In this document: piece by piece, positions 39,766 to 52,399 of the stretch
How positions within the stretch are numbered: the stretch's first letter is position 1
Layout: each line of letters begins with the position of its first letter
Assembly: GCA_015059925.1 (NCBI GenBank)
Contig: SUZL01000005.1
Coordinates: forward strand, 27,891-91,890
Source of the DNA: Rikenellaceae bacterium
Lineage (GTDB): Bacteria > Bacteroidota > Bacteroidia > Bacteroidales > Rikenellaceae
Length of the DNA stretch: 64,000 nt
Direction of reading: 5' to 3'
Notes under the pieces: model-generated
Seen by the model: only the letters and a program-made list of their open reading frames with translations
The model's database searches: none
What the model was told of the DNA's origin: nothing
Made by a program: the position numbers and the translations under genes

Positions 39766-41643
39766 ATGGCCAGCTTCCTACAAGTCGAGAACATCAGCAA
39801 GTCGTACGGCGACAAAACACTCTTTCGCAACATCTCGTTCAACATCAACGAGGGCGACAAGATAGCCCTTATTGCCCCCAACGGCACGGGCAAGAGTTCG
39901 CTGCTGAAGATTCTCGCGGGCGTTGATTCGTCGGATCGCGGTGGCGAGATTAAGTTTATGAAGGACATCAAGGTCGCCTTCCTCGACCAGATCATCGACT
40001 TCAATCCGCAGAACACCCTCTTCGACGAGGTCTATTCGCGTCTGGGCTCCACCTACAACGTCATCCGCTCCTACGAGCAGGCCATCGCCTCGGGCGACGA
40101 GAAGCGAATCGAACGCGCAATGGCAGCGATGGATGCCGCCGATGGCTGGAGCGTCGAGCAGCGCATCAAGCAGGTGCTCACGTCGATGAAGCTCACGCGT
40201 CTGGATCAGCCTATGGGCGAGCTGTCGGGTGGCGAGGCCAAGCGTGCCGCCATAGCACTTATGTTGTTGCAGCAGGCCGACTTTCTGGTGATGGACGAGC
40301 CCACCAACCACCTCGATATCGACGTTATCGAGTACTTGGAGAGCTACCTCCAGAAGTCGCGTTGCACGCTGCTGATGGTTACGCACGACCGCTACTTTCT
40401 GGACAACGTCTGCAACACCATCTTCGAATTGGATCGCGGCGAGCTATTCACCTATCGCGGCAACTACGCCGAATTTTTGGAGAAGCGCGAGGAGCGCTAC
40501 ACAAATATGCAGGCCAACATCGACAAGGCCCGCAACCTCCTGCGTCGTGAATTGGAGTGGATTCGCGCCACTCCGCAGGCCCGCACGGGCAAGGCGCGTT
40601 ACCGCGTCAATGCCTTCTACGATCTAAAGGATCGCGCCTCGGTGTCGCTTGCGCGCAAGGATCTCACGATTGACGTTGCTACGTCGCGCCTTGGCGGAAA
40701 GATTATCGACTGCTACGACCTCTCTTTGAGTTTTGGCGAGCGCGTGATGCTCGACGGTTTCTCGTATAAGTTCTCGCGCTACGAACGTGTCGGCATCGTA
40801 GGAAAGAATGGCGTAGGCAAGAGCACATTCCTTAACCTTATGACAGGCAATCTATTAGCCGACTCAGGCCGAATCGAGCGCGGCGAGACGCTCCGCATCG
40901 GTTACTACCGCCAGAGCGGCATCAACTTCAAGCCGGGCCAGACCGTGCTGGAGATCGTGCAGGATATTGCCGAGACGGTCGAGGCGGCCGACGGACACAG
41001 CGTATCGGCCACCACGTTCCTCAACCGATTCCTCTTCCCGAACGAGTCGCTCAACAAGCGCGTGGAGATATTGAGCGGTGGCGAGCAGCGACGTCTCTAC
41101 CTGCTGACTGTTCTGATGCGCAACCCCAACTTCCTGATTCTCGACGAGCCGACGAACGACCTTGACATCCTGACACTCAACGTCTTGGAGGAGTATCTCC
41201 AGTCGTTCAAGGGGTGCCTTTTGATCGTCTCGCACGACCGCTATTTCCTCGACAAGACCGTCGATCACCTCTTCATCTTCCGCGAGGGCGGTCGCGTGAA
41301 GGATTTTGTGGGACAGTATAGCGAGTACCGCGAATACATCCGCGAGCAGGAGGCCGAGGAAGCCCGCCAAGCCAAGATCGCAGCCGAGAAGGCGCAAAAG
41401 TCGAAGCCTCAAGCAGTTACAACCCCATCACGTCGCAAGCTATCGTACAAGGAGCAGCGCGAGCTGGAGCAGTTGGAACAAGAAATCCCGCAGCTTGAGC
41501 AGGAGCGTAAGTCGCTGGAAGAGAGCCTCTCGTCGGGTACGCTCACGCACGAGGAGCTGACGGCAGCAGCCGCACGAATTGGCGAGTTGATCGATATGAT
41601 TGGCGAGAAGGAGATGCGCTGGCTGGAGCTTAGCGAGATATGA
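39766..41643 (+). CDS. ABC-F family ATPase (Uup-like)
   Basis: Two ABC domains (NGTGKS/LSGGE/DEPTN; NGVGKS/LSGGE/DEPTN) and C-terminal coiled coil KLSYKEQRE. Confidence 0.93.
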   Translation: MASFLQVENISKSYGDKTLFRNISFNINEGDKIALIAPNGTGKSSLLKILAGVDSSDRGGEIKFMKDIKVAFLDQIIDFNPQNTLFDEVYSRLGSTYNVIRSYEQAIASGDEKRIERAMAAMDAADGWSVEQRIKQVLTSMKLTRLDQPMGELSGGEAKRAAIALMLLQQADFLVMDEPTNHLDIDVIEYLESYLQKSRCTLLMVTHDRYFLDNVCNTIFELDRGELFTYRGNYAEFLEKREERYTNMQANIDKARNLLRRELEWIRATPQARTGKARYRVNAFYDLKDRASVSLARKDLTIDVATSRLGGKIIDCYDLSLSFGERVMLDGFSYKFSRYERVGIVGKNGVGKSTFLNLMTGNLLADSGRIERGETLRIGYYRQSGINFKPGQTVLEIVQDIAETVEAADGHSVSATTFLNRFLFPNESLNKRVEILSGGEQRRLYLLTVLMRNPNFLILDEPTNDLDILTLNVLEEYLQSFKGCLLIVSHDRYFLDKTVDHLFIFREGGRVKDFVGQYSEYREYIREQEAEEARQAKIAAEKAQKSKPQAVTTPSRRKLSYKEQRELEQLEQEIPQLEQERKSLEESLSSGTLTHEELTAAAARIGELIDMIGEKEMRWLELSEI

Positions 41644-41659
41644 TAAACGATTGATTACT

Positions 41660-42649
41660 ATGCAGTTCCGCACCAGAATAGAGATAAAACCTTTCGAGCA
41701 GAAGATCGACCATAGCAGTCGCATCCTCTCGCTCGGATCGTGCTTTGCAACGAGCGTTGCCGAGCGTCTGAAGCGTGCGAAATTCGACGTAACCGCCTCA
41801 CCCACAGGCATTCTCTTCAATCCCGAATCGATAGCGGCGGCAATCGAGCGATTCGATGCCGTAAGTCGTTCAGACAGAGGAAGTTTGCCATCGGCCGAGG
41901 ATTTATGCTACGGCAATGGGCGATACTTCTCTTTCGACTTCCACTCCGACTTCTCGCATTCGGATGCAAATCAAGCACTTACGCAGATGCGCGAGGCCGT
42001 AGAGGCGGGCGCAAAGGCTGTGACAGAAGCTGACACAATCATAATCACATTTGGTACGGCGTTCGTCTATCGCCTCAGGCAAAATGGCGAGGTGGTGGCC
42101 AACTGCCACAAGCAGCCGCAGGCCTATTTTGTGAAAGAGATGTTGAGCGTGGAGGAGATCGCAGCGCGATATAAGGCATTGATCAACGGCATATTAGCCG
42201 ACAAACAAATAATTTTCACGCTCAGCCCTGTACGCCACTTGGGCGATGGGCTGGAGCAAAATTCGCTCAGCAAATCGACGGCGAGAGTGGCTATTGATTC
42301 AATTGTCAGAAGTTGTCACAACGCACACTACTTTCCATCGTATGAGATCCTCGTGGATGAGTTGCGCGACTACCGTTTCTATGCCGACGATATGGCCCAT
42401 CCCGCGAGGGTGGCGATCGACTACATCTGGCAACGCTTCGGCGAGGCGGCGTTCGGTATCGAGACTCGCACGCTAAACGAAAAAATAGAAAAGATAATCC
42501 GCGCAGCCGAGCATCGACCATTCAACGGCCAAAGCGAGGAGCATCGGAATTTCTGCCGCAGGATGATGGCCGAGATCGAGGCACTCGAGAGGCAGCATCC
42601 GCAGCTTAAGTTCGAGCAGGAAAAAGCCACTTTTGGCACATATTTGTAA
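41660..42649 (+). CDS. GSCFA domain-containing protein
   Basis: LGSCFA motif, NPESI, TLSPVRH, YFPSYE, DELRDYRFY; start MQFRT at 41660. Confidence 0.9.
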   Translation: MQFRTRIEIKPFEQKIDHSSRILSLGSCFATSVAERLKRAKFDVTASPTGILFNPESIAAAIERFDAVSRSDRGSLPSAEDLCYGNGRYFSFDFHSDFSHSDANQALTQMREAVEAGAKAVTEADTIIITFGTAFVYRLRQNGEVVANCHKQPQAYFVKEMLSVEEIAARYKALINGILADKQIIFTLSPVRHLGDGLEQNSLSKSTARVAIDSIVRSCHNAHYFPSYEILVDELRDYRFYADDMAHPARVAIDYIWQRFGEAAFGIETRTLNEKIEKIIRAAEHRPFNGQSEEHRNFCRRMMAEIEALERQHPQLKFEQEKATFGTYL

Positions 42650-42676
42650 ATTAATTCGTATTTTTACCGCACAATA

Positions 42677-44320
42677 TTGAGAATTATGACTCGCACTACT
42701 AAATACATAACCCTAACTCTCGCTCTGCTAACGCTTTGCGCCATCGCCGCCTCGGCCCAGACAAAGCCGCGACTGATGGTAAACATCGTCGTCAGCTCGA
42801 TGCGTGCCGACGATCTGGAGCGTTACGCCGAGAACTTCACAAACAACGGATTTAGACGTCTTGCGACGGGCGGACACAATTTCACCAGCGCCTCGATAGA
42901 CTATATGCAGACCACAACACCCGCGTCCTTATCGACAATCGCAACGGGCGCTATGCCCTCGACGCACGGCGTGGTGGCGGATCGCTGGTATGACCACGTT
43001 TCCAACAAGTTAGTGGTGCTGATCGATGACCAGAAGGAGCAGAGCGTCAATTACAGTGGCGGCTCGGGCTCATACTCGCCCCGAAACCTGGTGGCAGAGA
43101 CGCTATCGGATGCGCTGGCGCGTCAGAGCGCCGAGAGCCACATCGCAACAATCGCCACCGAGCCCCTATCGGCTATCGTGACGGCCGGCCACGCGGGTGA
43201 GGTCTATTGGATGGAGACGTTGCAGACGGCGTGGACAACATCGTCGTACTACACCAAGGAGCTGCCGAAGTGGATTGCCGACTACAACCGCTCGGAGCTT
43301 AACGCAGCACACATCATCAAGCGCTGGACACCGCTGCTGCAGTACGACAACTACCGCAACACGCAGGTGTCGGTGATCGAGGGTTTGCAGAGCCGCAAGA
43401 ATAAGCGAATAGAGTTGATTCAGGCATCGGAGTCGGCTACGCGCAGCAGTATCGACCCGCACGATCCATACGAGCAGATGTGCTTCACACCAGCAGGCAA
43501 CAGCGCCGTATTGGCATTTGCCAAGCAGGTGATCACGCGCAACGAGATGGGACAGGACGAGGTGCCCGATATGCTCAACATCGTACTCGATGCGCCGCGA
43601 ATGATCAGCGGTCGTTTCGGGCCCGAGTCGGTAGAATATGAGGATATGTTGTATCGTTTGGACCGCGATTTGGAGGATTTCATCACATTCCTGATGGCGC
43701 AGGTGGTGGACCCCTCGCAGGTGGTCATCACGCTCACGTCGGATCACGGCACAAGCCCCTCGTTCAACTCGCCCGGGCGCGAGCACGAGCGGTTCAATGT
43801 GCGTCAGGCCGAGGTGATAATCAACGCCTTCATCGGTGCGCAGCACGGCAACGGAGAGTGGGTGCTGGGGTATGTCGATCGTGGCATATACCTCAACCAC
43901 AATCTAATATACGAGAAAAATCTCTCGCTGGCGGAGATGCAGTACGACGTGGCGACCTTCGTGATGCAGTTGCGTGGCGTATCGCACGCCATATCGTCCG
44001 AGGCGATGCGAAACAGCTACTTCGGTAGCGGATACGGACGCAAGATACAGAATGGATTTTATCCCCGTCGCTCGGGCGATGTGATCGTCAATCTGATGCC
44101 CGACTGGATTGAGGAGAGCGATGAGGTGCGCTCGGCATCGGGATCGATGTATCGCTACGACACGCAGGTGCCGCTGTTGATCTATGGCGGTGGAGTGAAG
44201 GCCGCAGAGCGCGGTGAGCAGGTCGATTTGACCTCGCTCGCAACAACACAGGCGCAGATGCTCGGCATCGTAAGCCCATCGGCAGCCGAAGGGGAGGAGT
44301 TAATGCTAATTTACGAATAA
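42677..44320 (+). CDS. Alkaline phosphatase superfamily (PafA-like) protein with degenerate active site
   Basis: Fold motifs GFRRL, ATGAMPSTHG, TSDHG, RSGDV are kept but several metal ligands are lost. Start probably 42686. Confidence 0.8.
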   Translation: MRIMTRTTKYITLTLALLTLCAIAASAQTKPRLMVNIVVSSMRADDLERYAENFTNNGFRRLATGGHNFTSASIDYMQTTTPASLSTIATGAMPSTHGVVADRWYDHVSNKLVVLIDDQKEQSVNYSGGSGSYSPRNLVAETLSDALARQSAESHIATIATEPLSAIVTAGHAGEVYWMETLQTAWTTSSYYTKELPKWIADYNRSELNAAHIIKRWTPLLQYDNYRNTQVSVIEGLQSRKNKRIELIQASESATRSSIDPHDPYEQMCFTPAGNSAVLAFAKQVITRNEMGQDEVPDMLNIVLDAPRMISGRFGPESVEYEDMLYRLDRDLEDFITFLMAQVVDPSQVVITLTSDHGTSPSFNSPGREHERFNVRQAEVIINAFIGAQHGNGEWVLGYVDRGIYLNHNLIYEKNLSLAEMQYDVATFVMQLRGVSHAISSEAMRNSYFGSGYGRKIQNGFYPRRSGDVIVNLMPDWIEESDEVRSASGSMYRYDTQVPLLIYGGGVKAAERGEQVDLTSLATTQAQMLGIVSPSAAEGEELMLIYE

Positions 44321-44323
44321 GAT

Positions 44324-44740
44324 ATGAAAGATCAGATTCAGGAGCAGATAATCGAGGAGTTTGCCATATTTGACGAGTGGCTGGACAAGTACGACTATCT
44401 GATCGAACTCAGCGACACGCTGCCCGCAATCGAGGCCGAGCATCGAACAGACGCCTACGCCATAAAGGGTTGTCAGTCGCGTGTGTGGGTGGATGCACGA
44501 CTGGAGGAGGGTAAGGTTTATTACTCGGCCGACAGCGATGCAATCATCACGAAGGGTATCATCGCACTGCTCGTCAGGGTGATGAACGGCCGCACGCCGC
44601 AGGAGATCGTCGAGATGGAGCCATACTTCATCGACGCAATCGGATTGGGCGAAAACCTATCGCCCACGCGAAGCAACGGACTTGTGGCGATGATCAAACA
44701 GATGAAAATGTACGCACTGGCATTTGCCAGCAAAGCATAA
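44324..44740 (+). CDS. sufE: Cysteine desulfuration protein SufE
   Basis: IKGCQSRVW, DSDAIITKG and LSPTRSNG motifs. Confidence 0.95.
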   Translation: MKDQIQEQIIEEFAIFDEWLDKYDYLIELSDTLPAIEAEHRTDAYAIKGCQSRVWVDARLEEGKVYYSADSDAIITKGIIALLVRVMNGRTPQEIVEMEPYFIDAIGLGENLSPTRSNGLVAMIKQMKMYALAFASKA

Positions 44741-44744
44741 TGAG

Positions 44745-45068
44745 ATGATGACACCGGAAGAGATTTTGAGAGTGGAGCACGATATTGTGCTCACGCTTAA
44801 GAATATATACGATCCCGAGATTCCCGTAAACATCTACGATCTGGGGCTTATCTACGAGATCGACTTCGACCCCGAGGGGGTGGCTAATATCCGTATGACG
44901 CTGACGGCACCCAACTGCCCGATGGCCGACATACTCGTTGACGACATCAACACGCAGGTGAAGAAGATCGCAGGTGTGGAGTCGGTCAATATAATCCTTA
45001 CATTCGAGCCGCCTTGGGACAAGAGTATGATGAGCGAGGAGGCTCTACTGGAGCTTAACCTTCTGTAA
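44745..45068 (+). CDS. DUF59 / SufT-like Fe-S cluster assembly factor
   Basis: DPEIPVNIYDLGLIY, TLTAPNCP, PPWDKSMMS. Start at ATG about 44742-44748 rather than 44724. Confidence 0.9.
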   Translation: MMTPEEILRVEHDIVLTLKNIYDPEIPVNIYDLGLIYEIDFDPEGVANIRMTLTAPNCPMADILVDDINTQVKKIAGVESVNIILTFEPPWDKSMMSEEALLELNLL

Positions 45069-45072
45069 GAGA

Positions 45073-46050
45073 ATGGATCAGAGCAATCATTCAGAACAAA
45101 GAAAACGTACCCTAAATAGGCTGCAGGCCGGAGCCTCGTACTTCGGCTGCGGGGGTTATTTGGCTTCGCTCGAGCGGTTGCAACGATTGCAGATATACAA
45201 CACATTAGGTTTCGAGCGACTCGAGCGCAAGAACCGCGACATAATGGAGCTATACGCCGAAAGTGGCGAGAATTGGCCACAGACGTTCTATATGATGCTC
45301 CTGCGCACGATGGGCGGCGTGGATAACAAGGAGGCTTTTCTGGAGCTGGCCAGAGCCGTTCCGTATGCTGCCATCCTGCGCGAGAAACAGTCGCCGCAAA
45401 ACATTGAGGCTATGCTCATTGGGGCATCGGGACTATTGGATTTATACCCGCACGATGAGTACATCTTAAACCTCAAACGCAACTTCGAGTATCTCGCGGC
45501 AAAGTACTCCATCGTACAGATGGAGGCGCAGGCGTGGCGACTCAAAAAGATCTATCCCAACAACCATCCCATACTGCGACTTTCGCAGATAACAACATTC
45601 CTTGCGCACACGACCGACATAATGGACAGGATGTTGATGTGCTCCTCGGCCGAGGATGTGCATCGGCTCTTCTCGTCGGAGACGCAACCCTACTGGCTGA
45701 CGCACTACACGCCCGCCTCGGAGTCGCGCACGGTGGCAAAGCGCATCGGGCAGACGAAGAGTGATCTTTTAGCAATAAACCTCGTGGTACAGATTATGTT
45801 CGCTTACAGCGCATACGTCGGTAGCGAGAAGTTGCGCTCGCGCGCCCTGTCGCTACTGGAGGATCTGCCCGCCGAGAAGAACTCGATCATAGCGCAATGG
45901 AACAGCTACGGGCCACTGGCTCGCACGGCCTTCGACAGTCAGGCGCTGCTGCAACTCTCGTTCGAATATTGCCGCGACAGGCGTTGCGAGGAGTGCATCG
46001 TGGGGCGAAGAATACTCCGCAGGGTCAAAGATATGGAAGGCGAGGAGTAA
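45073..46050 (+). CDS. DUF2851 family protein (N-terminally short)
   Basis: NWPQTFY, EAMLIGASGLL, PNNHPILRL, INLVV, SQALLQL and C-terminal C..RRCEEC. Confidence 0.75.
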   Translation: MDQSNHSEQRKRTLNRLQAGASYFGCGGYLASLERLQRLQIYNTLGFERLERKNRDIMELYAESGENWPQTFYMMLLRTMGGVDNKEAFLELARAVPYAAILREKQSPQNIEAMLIGASGLLDLYPHDEYILNLKRNFEYLAAKYSIVQMEAQAWRLKKIYPNNHPILRLSQITTFLAHTTDIMDRMLMCSSAEDVHRLFSSETQPYWLTHYTPASESRTVAKRIGQTKSDLLAINLVVQIMFAYSAYVGSEKLRSRALSLLEDLPAEKNSIIAQWNSYGPLARTAFDSQALLQLSFEYCRDRRCEECIVGRRILRRVKDMEGEE

Positions 46051-46053
46051 TAT

Positions 46054-46084
46054 TTTGCTATTTCGCAATAAATCACTATATTTG
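46054..46084 (+). promoter_or_regulatory. Sigma-A promoter for secA
   Basis: TTTG-N19-TATATTTG, a perfect consensus. Confidence 0.78.
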
Positions 46085-46123
46085 TGGATTGATTTAGCCA
46101 AACGAAAATAAAAATACAACGAT

Positions 46124-49417
<3,294 letters not shown>

Positions 49418-49441
49418 TTCAGGGCTTTAAGAGACAGAATT

Positions 49442-50632
49442 ATGAAACGTATCCTGATTCGATGTGCTATGATCGTGTGTGCCACGCTCTGCGTTTGCGG
49501 CATACAGGCACAGCAGAAAAAGCAGAAATACGATGTAGCGGCGTTCCTATACCCCGCCTATGCCTCAGACGATGTGCGTCTGCGCCCCTTCTGGCCGATG
49601 GGAATAGGCGAATGGGAGACGGTGATGACGATGCAGCAGCGTAACCCCGGACACTACTGGGATCGAAAACCTCTGTGGGGATACATAAACGAGGCCGACC
49701 CGAAGGTTATGGAGATGGAGATCGAGCAGGCGACAAAGCACGGCGTGAATGTATTCATCTTCGACTGGTATTGGTACGACGGCCGCCCATTTATGGAGAC
49801 TACGCTGAACAACGGTTTTCTCAAGGCCGAGAATGTCGAGAAGATGCAGTTCTACTTGATGTGGGCAAATCACGATGTGCTCAATCTGTGGGATACGCGC
49901 CTTGCACGATTCAACGAGGATAACGTCATCTGGCAGGGAAAGGTGGATCGCGAGGAGTTTGAGAAGATATGCCGCCGCAACATCGAGAAGTATTTCAAGC
50001 ATCCGCAGTACTACAAGATTGACGGTAAACCCGTATTTATGATTTACGACCTGCCCAACCTGATCAACGGTCTGGGTGGTGTAGAGCAGACGGCCGAGGC
50101 GCTGGAGTGGTTCCGCCGCGAGGTGCGCAAGGCGGGATTTCCAGATCTGGAACTTCAGTTTGCGATGTGGTCGATAAATCTGAATTACAGCGGCTTGGAC
50201 GCCTCGAAGAGCGACAATCCGCAGGATGATTTCATCCGTAAGTTGGGATTTGATTCTTCGACACACTATCAGTTTGTGCACTTCACCGATGTGAATCGCG
50301 AATACGCCGACATTGCGAAGGATGCAGAGGCCGAGTGGGAGAGAATCGAGAAGGAGTACTCGTTCAAATACTACCCCCACGTCAGTGTCGGATGGGACAA
50401 TAGCCCGCGTACGGTGCATAGCGCAGTGGTGAAGAACAACACGCCCGAGGCATTTGCCGAGGCGCTGCGTCGAGCCAAAGCCTATGTGGACAAGCACGCC
50501 GAGCTTCAGCCTCTGATTACGATCAACAGCTGGAACGAGTGGACCGAGACGAGTTATCTGCAGCCGTGCAACATATATGGATATGGGTATCTGGAGGCTG
50601 TGAAGAGGGTGTTTATTGACGAAGTAGAGTAA
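49442..50632 (+). CDS. Secreted glycoside hydrolase, GH99-like/WbsX family
   Basis: Signal peptide, PLWGY, FIFDWYWY, MWANH, GWDNSPR, NSWNEWTE. Confidence 0.8.
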   Translation: MKRILIRCAMIVCATLCVCGIQAQQKKQKYDVAAFLYPAYASDDVRLRPFWPMGIGEWETVMTMQQRNPGHYWDRKPLWGYINEADPKVMEMEIEQATKHGVNVFIFDWYWYDGRPFMETTLNNGFLKAENVEKMQFYLMWANHDVLNLWDTRLARFNEDNVIWQGKVDREEFEKICRRNIEKYFKHPQYYKIDGKPVFMIYDLPNLINGLGGVEQTAEALEWFRREVRKAGFPDLELQFAMWSINLNYSGLDASKSDNPQDDFIRKLGFDSSTHYQFVHFTDVNREYADIAKDAEAEWERIEKEYSFKYYPHVSVGWDNSPRTVHSAVVKNNTPEAFAEALRRAKAYVDKHAELQPLITINSWNEWTETSYLQPCNIYGYGYLEAVKRVFIDEVE

Positions 50633-50638
50633 ATTACA

Positions 50639-51073
50639 ATGGGATATCAGGAGGAAAAACAGCACCAATTGGATATGCGTTACCTGCGTATGGCGCGCAT
50701 CTGGGCCGAGAACTCGTACTGCGTACGCCGTCAGGTGGGGGCGCTCATCGTAAAGGATAAGATGATTATCTCGGACGGATACAACGGTACGCCATCGGGA
50801 TTTGAGAACATCTGCGAGGATGAGGTAACGGGCAAGACAAAGCCCTACGTTCTGCACGCCGAGGCAAACGCCATCACGAAGGTGGCAAAGAGCGCCAACA
50901 ACTGCGACGGATCGACGCTATATATCACGGCGGCACCCTGCATCGAGTGCTCGAAGCTGATCATTCAAGCGGGTATCAAGCGCGTGGTTTACTGCGACGA
51001 CTACCGCTCGGAGGATGGATTGAAGCTCCTGCAGAGGGTTGGAATTGAGTGCGTGAAGTGCGAGATAGAGTAG
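50639..51073 (+). CDS. dCMP deaminase family protein
   Basis: GYNGTP, HAEANAI and PCIEC zinc motifs. Confidence 0.93.
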   Translation: MGYQEEKQHQLDMRYLRMARIWAENSYCVRRQVGALIVKDKMIISDGYNGTPSGFENICEDEVTGKTKPYVLHAEANAITKVAKSANNCDGSTLYITAAPCIECSKLIIQAGIKRVVYCDDYRSEDGLKLLQRVGIECVKCEIE

Positions 51074-51122
51074 GCCCTTGCGTGTGATATGGAGGAGTGT
51101 ATGGAAGACATATATAGATAAG

Positions 51123-51149
51123 AAAGGCTACCCGATGGGTAGCCTTTTT
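51123..51149. terminator. Bidirectional intrinsic terminator
   Basis: AAAGGCTACCC-GAT-GGGTAGCCTTT between convergent genes. Confidence 0.85.
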
Positions 51150-51152
51150 AAT

Positions 51153-51617
51153 TTAATTATTGCGGAGGCCTGAATAGTGAATATGCACCAGCTTCCAGCC
51201 ACCCTTCTCCTTGCGGAAAATCTGCGTCTCGCGGCCGCGTGAGGTGCGCTCCTGACCGTTGTTGTTCACCGAGTCGAAGGTCCAAGTGAACTCGGCCCAC
51301 GCCGACTTGCCCTCGATGACGATCGTAAGCTCATCCTTGCGAAGGTTGCGCTTCGAGAATCCGTTCTTGAAGCTCGTTACGAGCTTGTCGCGCACCTCCT
51401 CATAACCCTGAAAACGGCCTTGAGGGCCGATGAATGAGGCTACGGGGTCGTGTGTCCAGATCTTGCCAACGAGTTCCAAATCGCCATCGTTGATAGTCTT
51501 GATGTAAGAATCGACAATCTGCTCGACAGCTTTGCGATCGGCATCCTTGCCGCCACGAGCCCAAGCACCAGTCGAGATGGTCAGCAGAGCGACCATCAAA
51601 AATAGAATCCTTTTCAT
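51153..51617 (-). CDS. NTF2-like (DUF4440/SnoaL-like) secreted protein
   Basis: Signal peptide from MKRILF (ATG 51617), ends GGWKLVHIHYS; TACCTTTG promoter box at 51641-51648. Confidence 0.8.
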   Translation of the reverse strand: MKRILFLMVALLTISTGAWARGGKDADRKAVEQIVDSYIKTINDGDLELVGKIWTHDPVASFIGPQGRFQGYEEVRDKLVTSFKNGFSKRNLRKDELTIVIEGKSAWAEFTWTFDSVNNNGQERTSRGRETQIFRKEKGGWKLVHIHYSGLRNN

Positions 51618-51736
51618 ACCTATATATATTAGTTTGAGAGCAAAGGTAGCTCGGCGGTGGGGAAAAATCAAGACGGCACAAAAAGGTAAGTAAGTTACAT
51701 TTTGGTAACGATTGCTCGGAGTCAGCGCGATAGCAC

Positions 51737-51766
51737 AAAAAAAGTGTCCAAAATAATTTGGACACT
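51737..51766 (-). terminator. Intrinsic terminator downstream of ssb
   Basis: 10-bp stem AGTGTCCAAA/TTTGGACACT with T-runs on both sides. Confidence 0.75.
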
Positions 51767-51856
51767 CACTTTTTTCATTATTAGACAGGCTCCTTAATTT
51801 TGAATCATTAGCTCTTTGCATCATTACTGTTTTTTGCACTCCCCCCCCTCCTTAGG

Positions 51857-52381
51857 TTAGAACGGCAGATCGTCGGGATCATCCTGCGGGGCAGGGATTG
51901 ACTGCGGCTGCGCGGGTTGCTGATAGCTCGGCTGGCCGTACGAAGGAGCGGCGGCGGGCTGCTGATAGGGCTGAGAGTAGCCGCCCTGCTGTGCGGGCTG
52001 CTGGTAGGGCTGCGATGCGCCTTGCATACCTCCCTGCGCTGACTGATTATCGGAGCGGCGGCCGAGGAGCTTCATATCGTCGGCAAGGACCTCCGTAGAG
52101 TAGCGCTTGATGTTATCCTTATCGGTCCACTCGCGCGTGCGCAGACGGCCCTCGATATAGAGCTGGCTACCCTTGCGGACATAGCGGTCGGCAACATCGG
52201 CCAGACCACGCCACAGAGTGACGGTGTGCCACTCGGTCAGGTCGGTCGATTCGTTGGTCTGTCGGTTATAGATACGCTCGGTGGTGGCCAGGCGCACGCG
52301 GGCAACCTTAACGCCCGACTCGGTGGTACGAATCTCGGGGTCAACGCCCACGTTTCCTACCAGAATTACTTTGTTGATCAT
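51857..52381 (-). CDS. ssb: Single-stranded DNA-binding protein
   Basis: MINKVILVGNVG, TEWH, YIEGRLRTR, Q/P-rich linker, DDLPF tip. Confidence 0.98.
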   Translation of the reverse strand: MINKVILVGNVGVDPEIRTTESGVKVARVRLATTERIYNRQTNESTDLTEWHTVTLWRGLADVADRYVRKGSQLYIEGRLRTREWTDKDNIKRYSTEVLADDMKLLGRRSDNQSAQGGMQGASQPYQQPAQQGGYSQPYQQPAAAPSYGQPSYQQPAQPQSIPAPQDDPDDLPF

Positions 52382-52399
52382 ATTTTTTACGTTTAACTT

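Noticed and set aside
51694-51709. GTTAC-N6-GTAAC palindrome resembling Bacteroidales invertase/integrase sites
   Set aside because: The spacer is 6 rather than the 7 nt I recall, there is a single copy with no partner repeat, and no recombinase is nearby.
51618-51839. 74-aa N-terminal extension of the NTF2-like ORF in the track
   Set aside because: It spans a terminator and the gene's own promoter box; the signal peptide begins at ATG 51617.
51841-51848. C8 homopolymer as a phase-variation tract
   Set aside because: It lies in the 3' UTR of ssb, outside any promoter or credible coding frame.
51880-52060. QPYQQPA repeats in SSB
   Set aside because: Ordinary disordered SSB linker.
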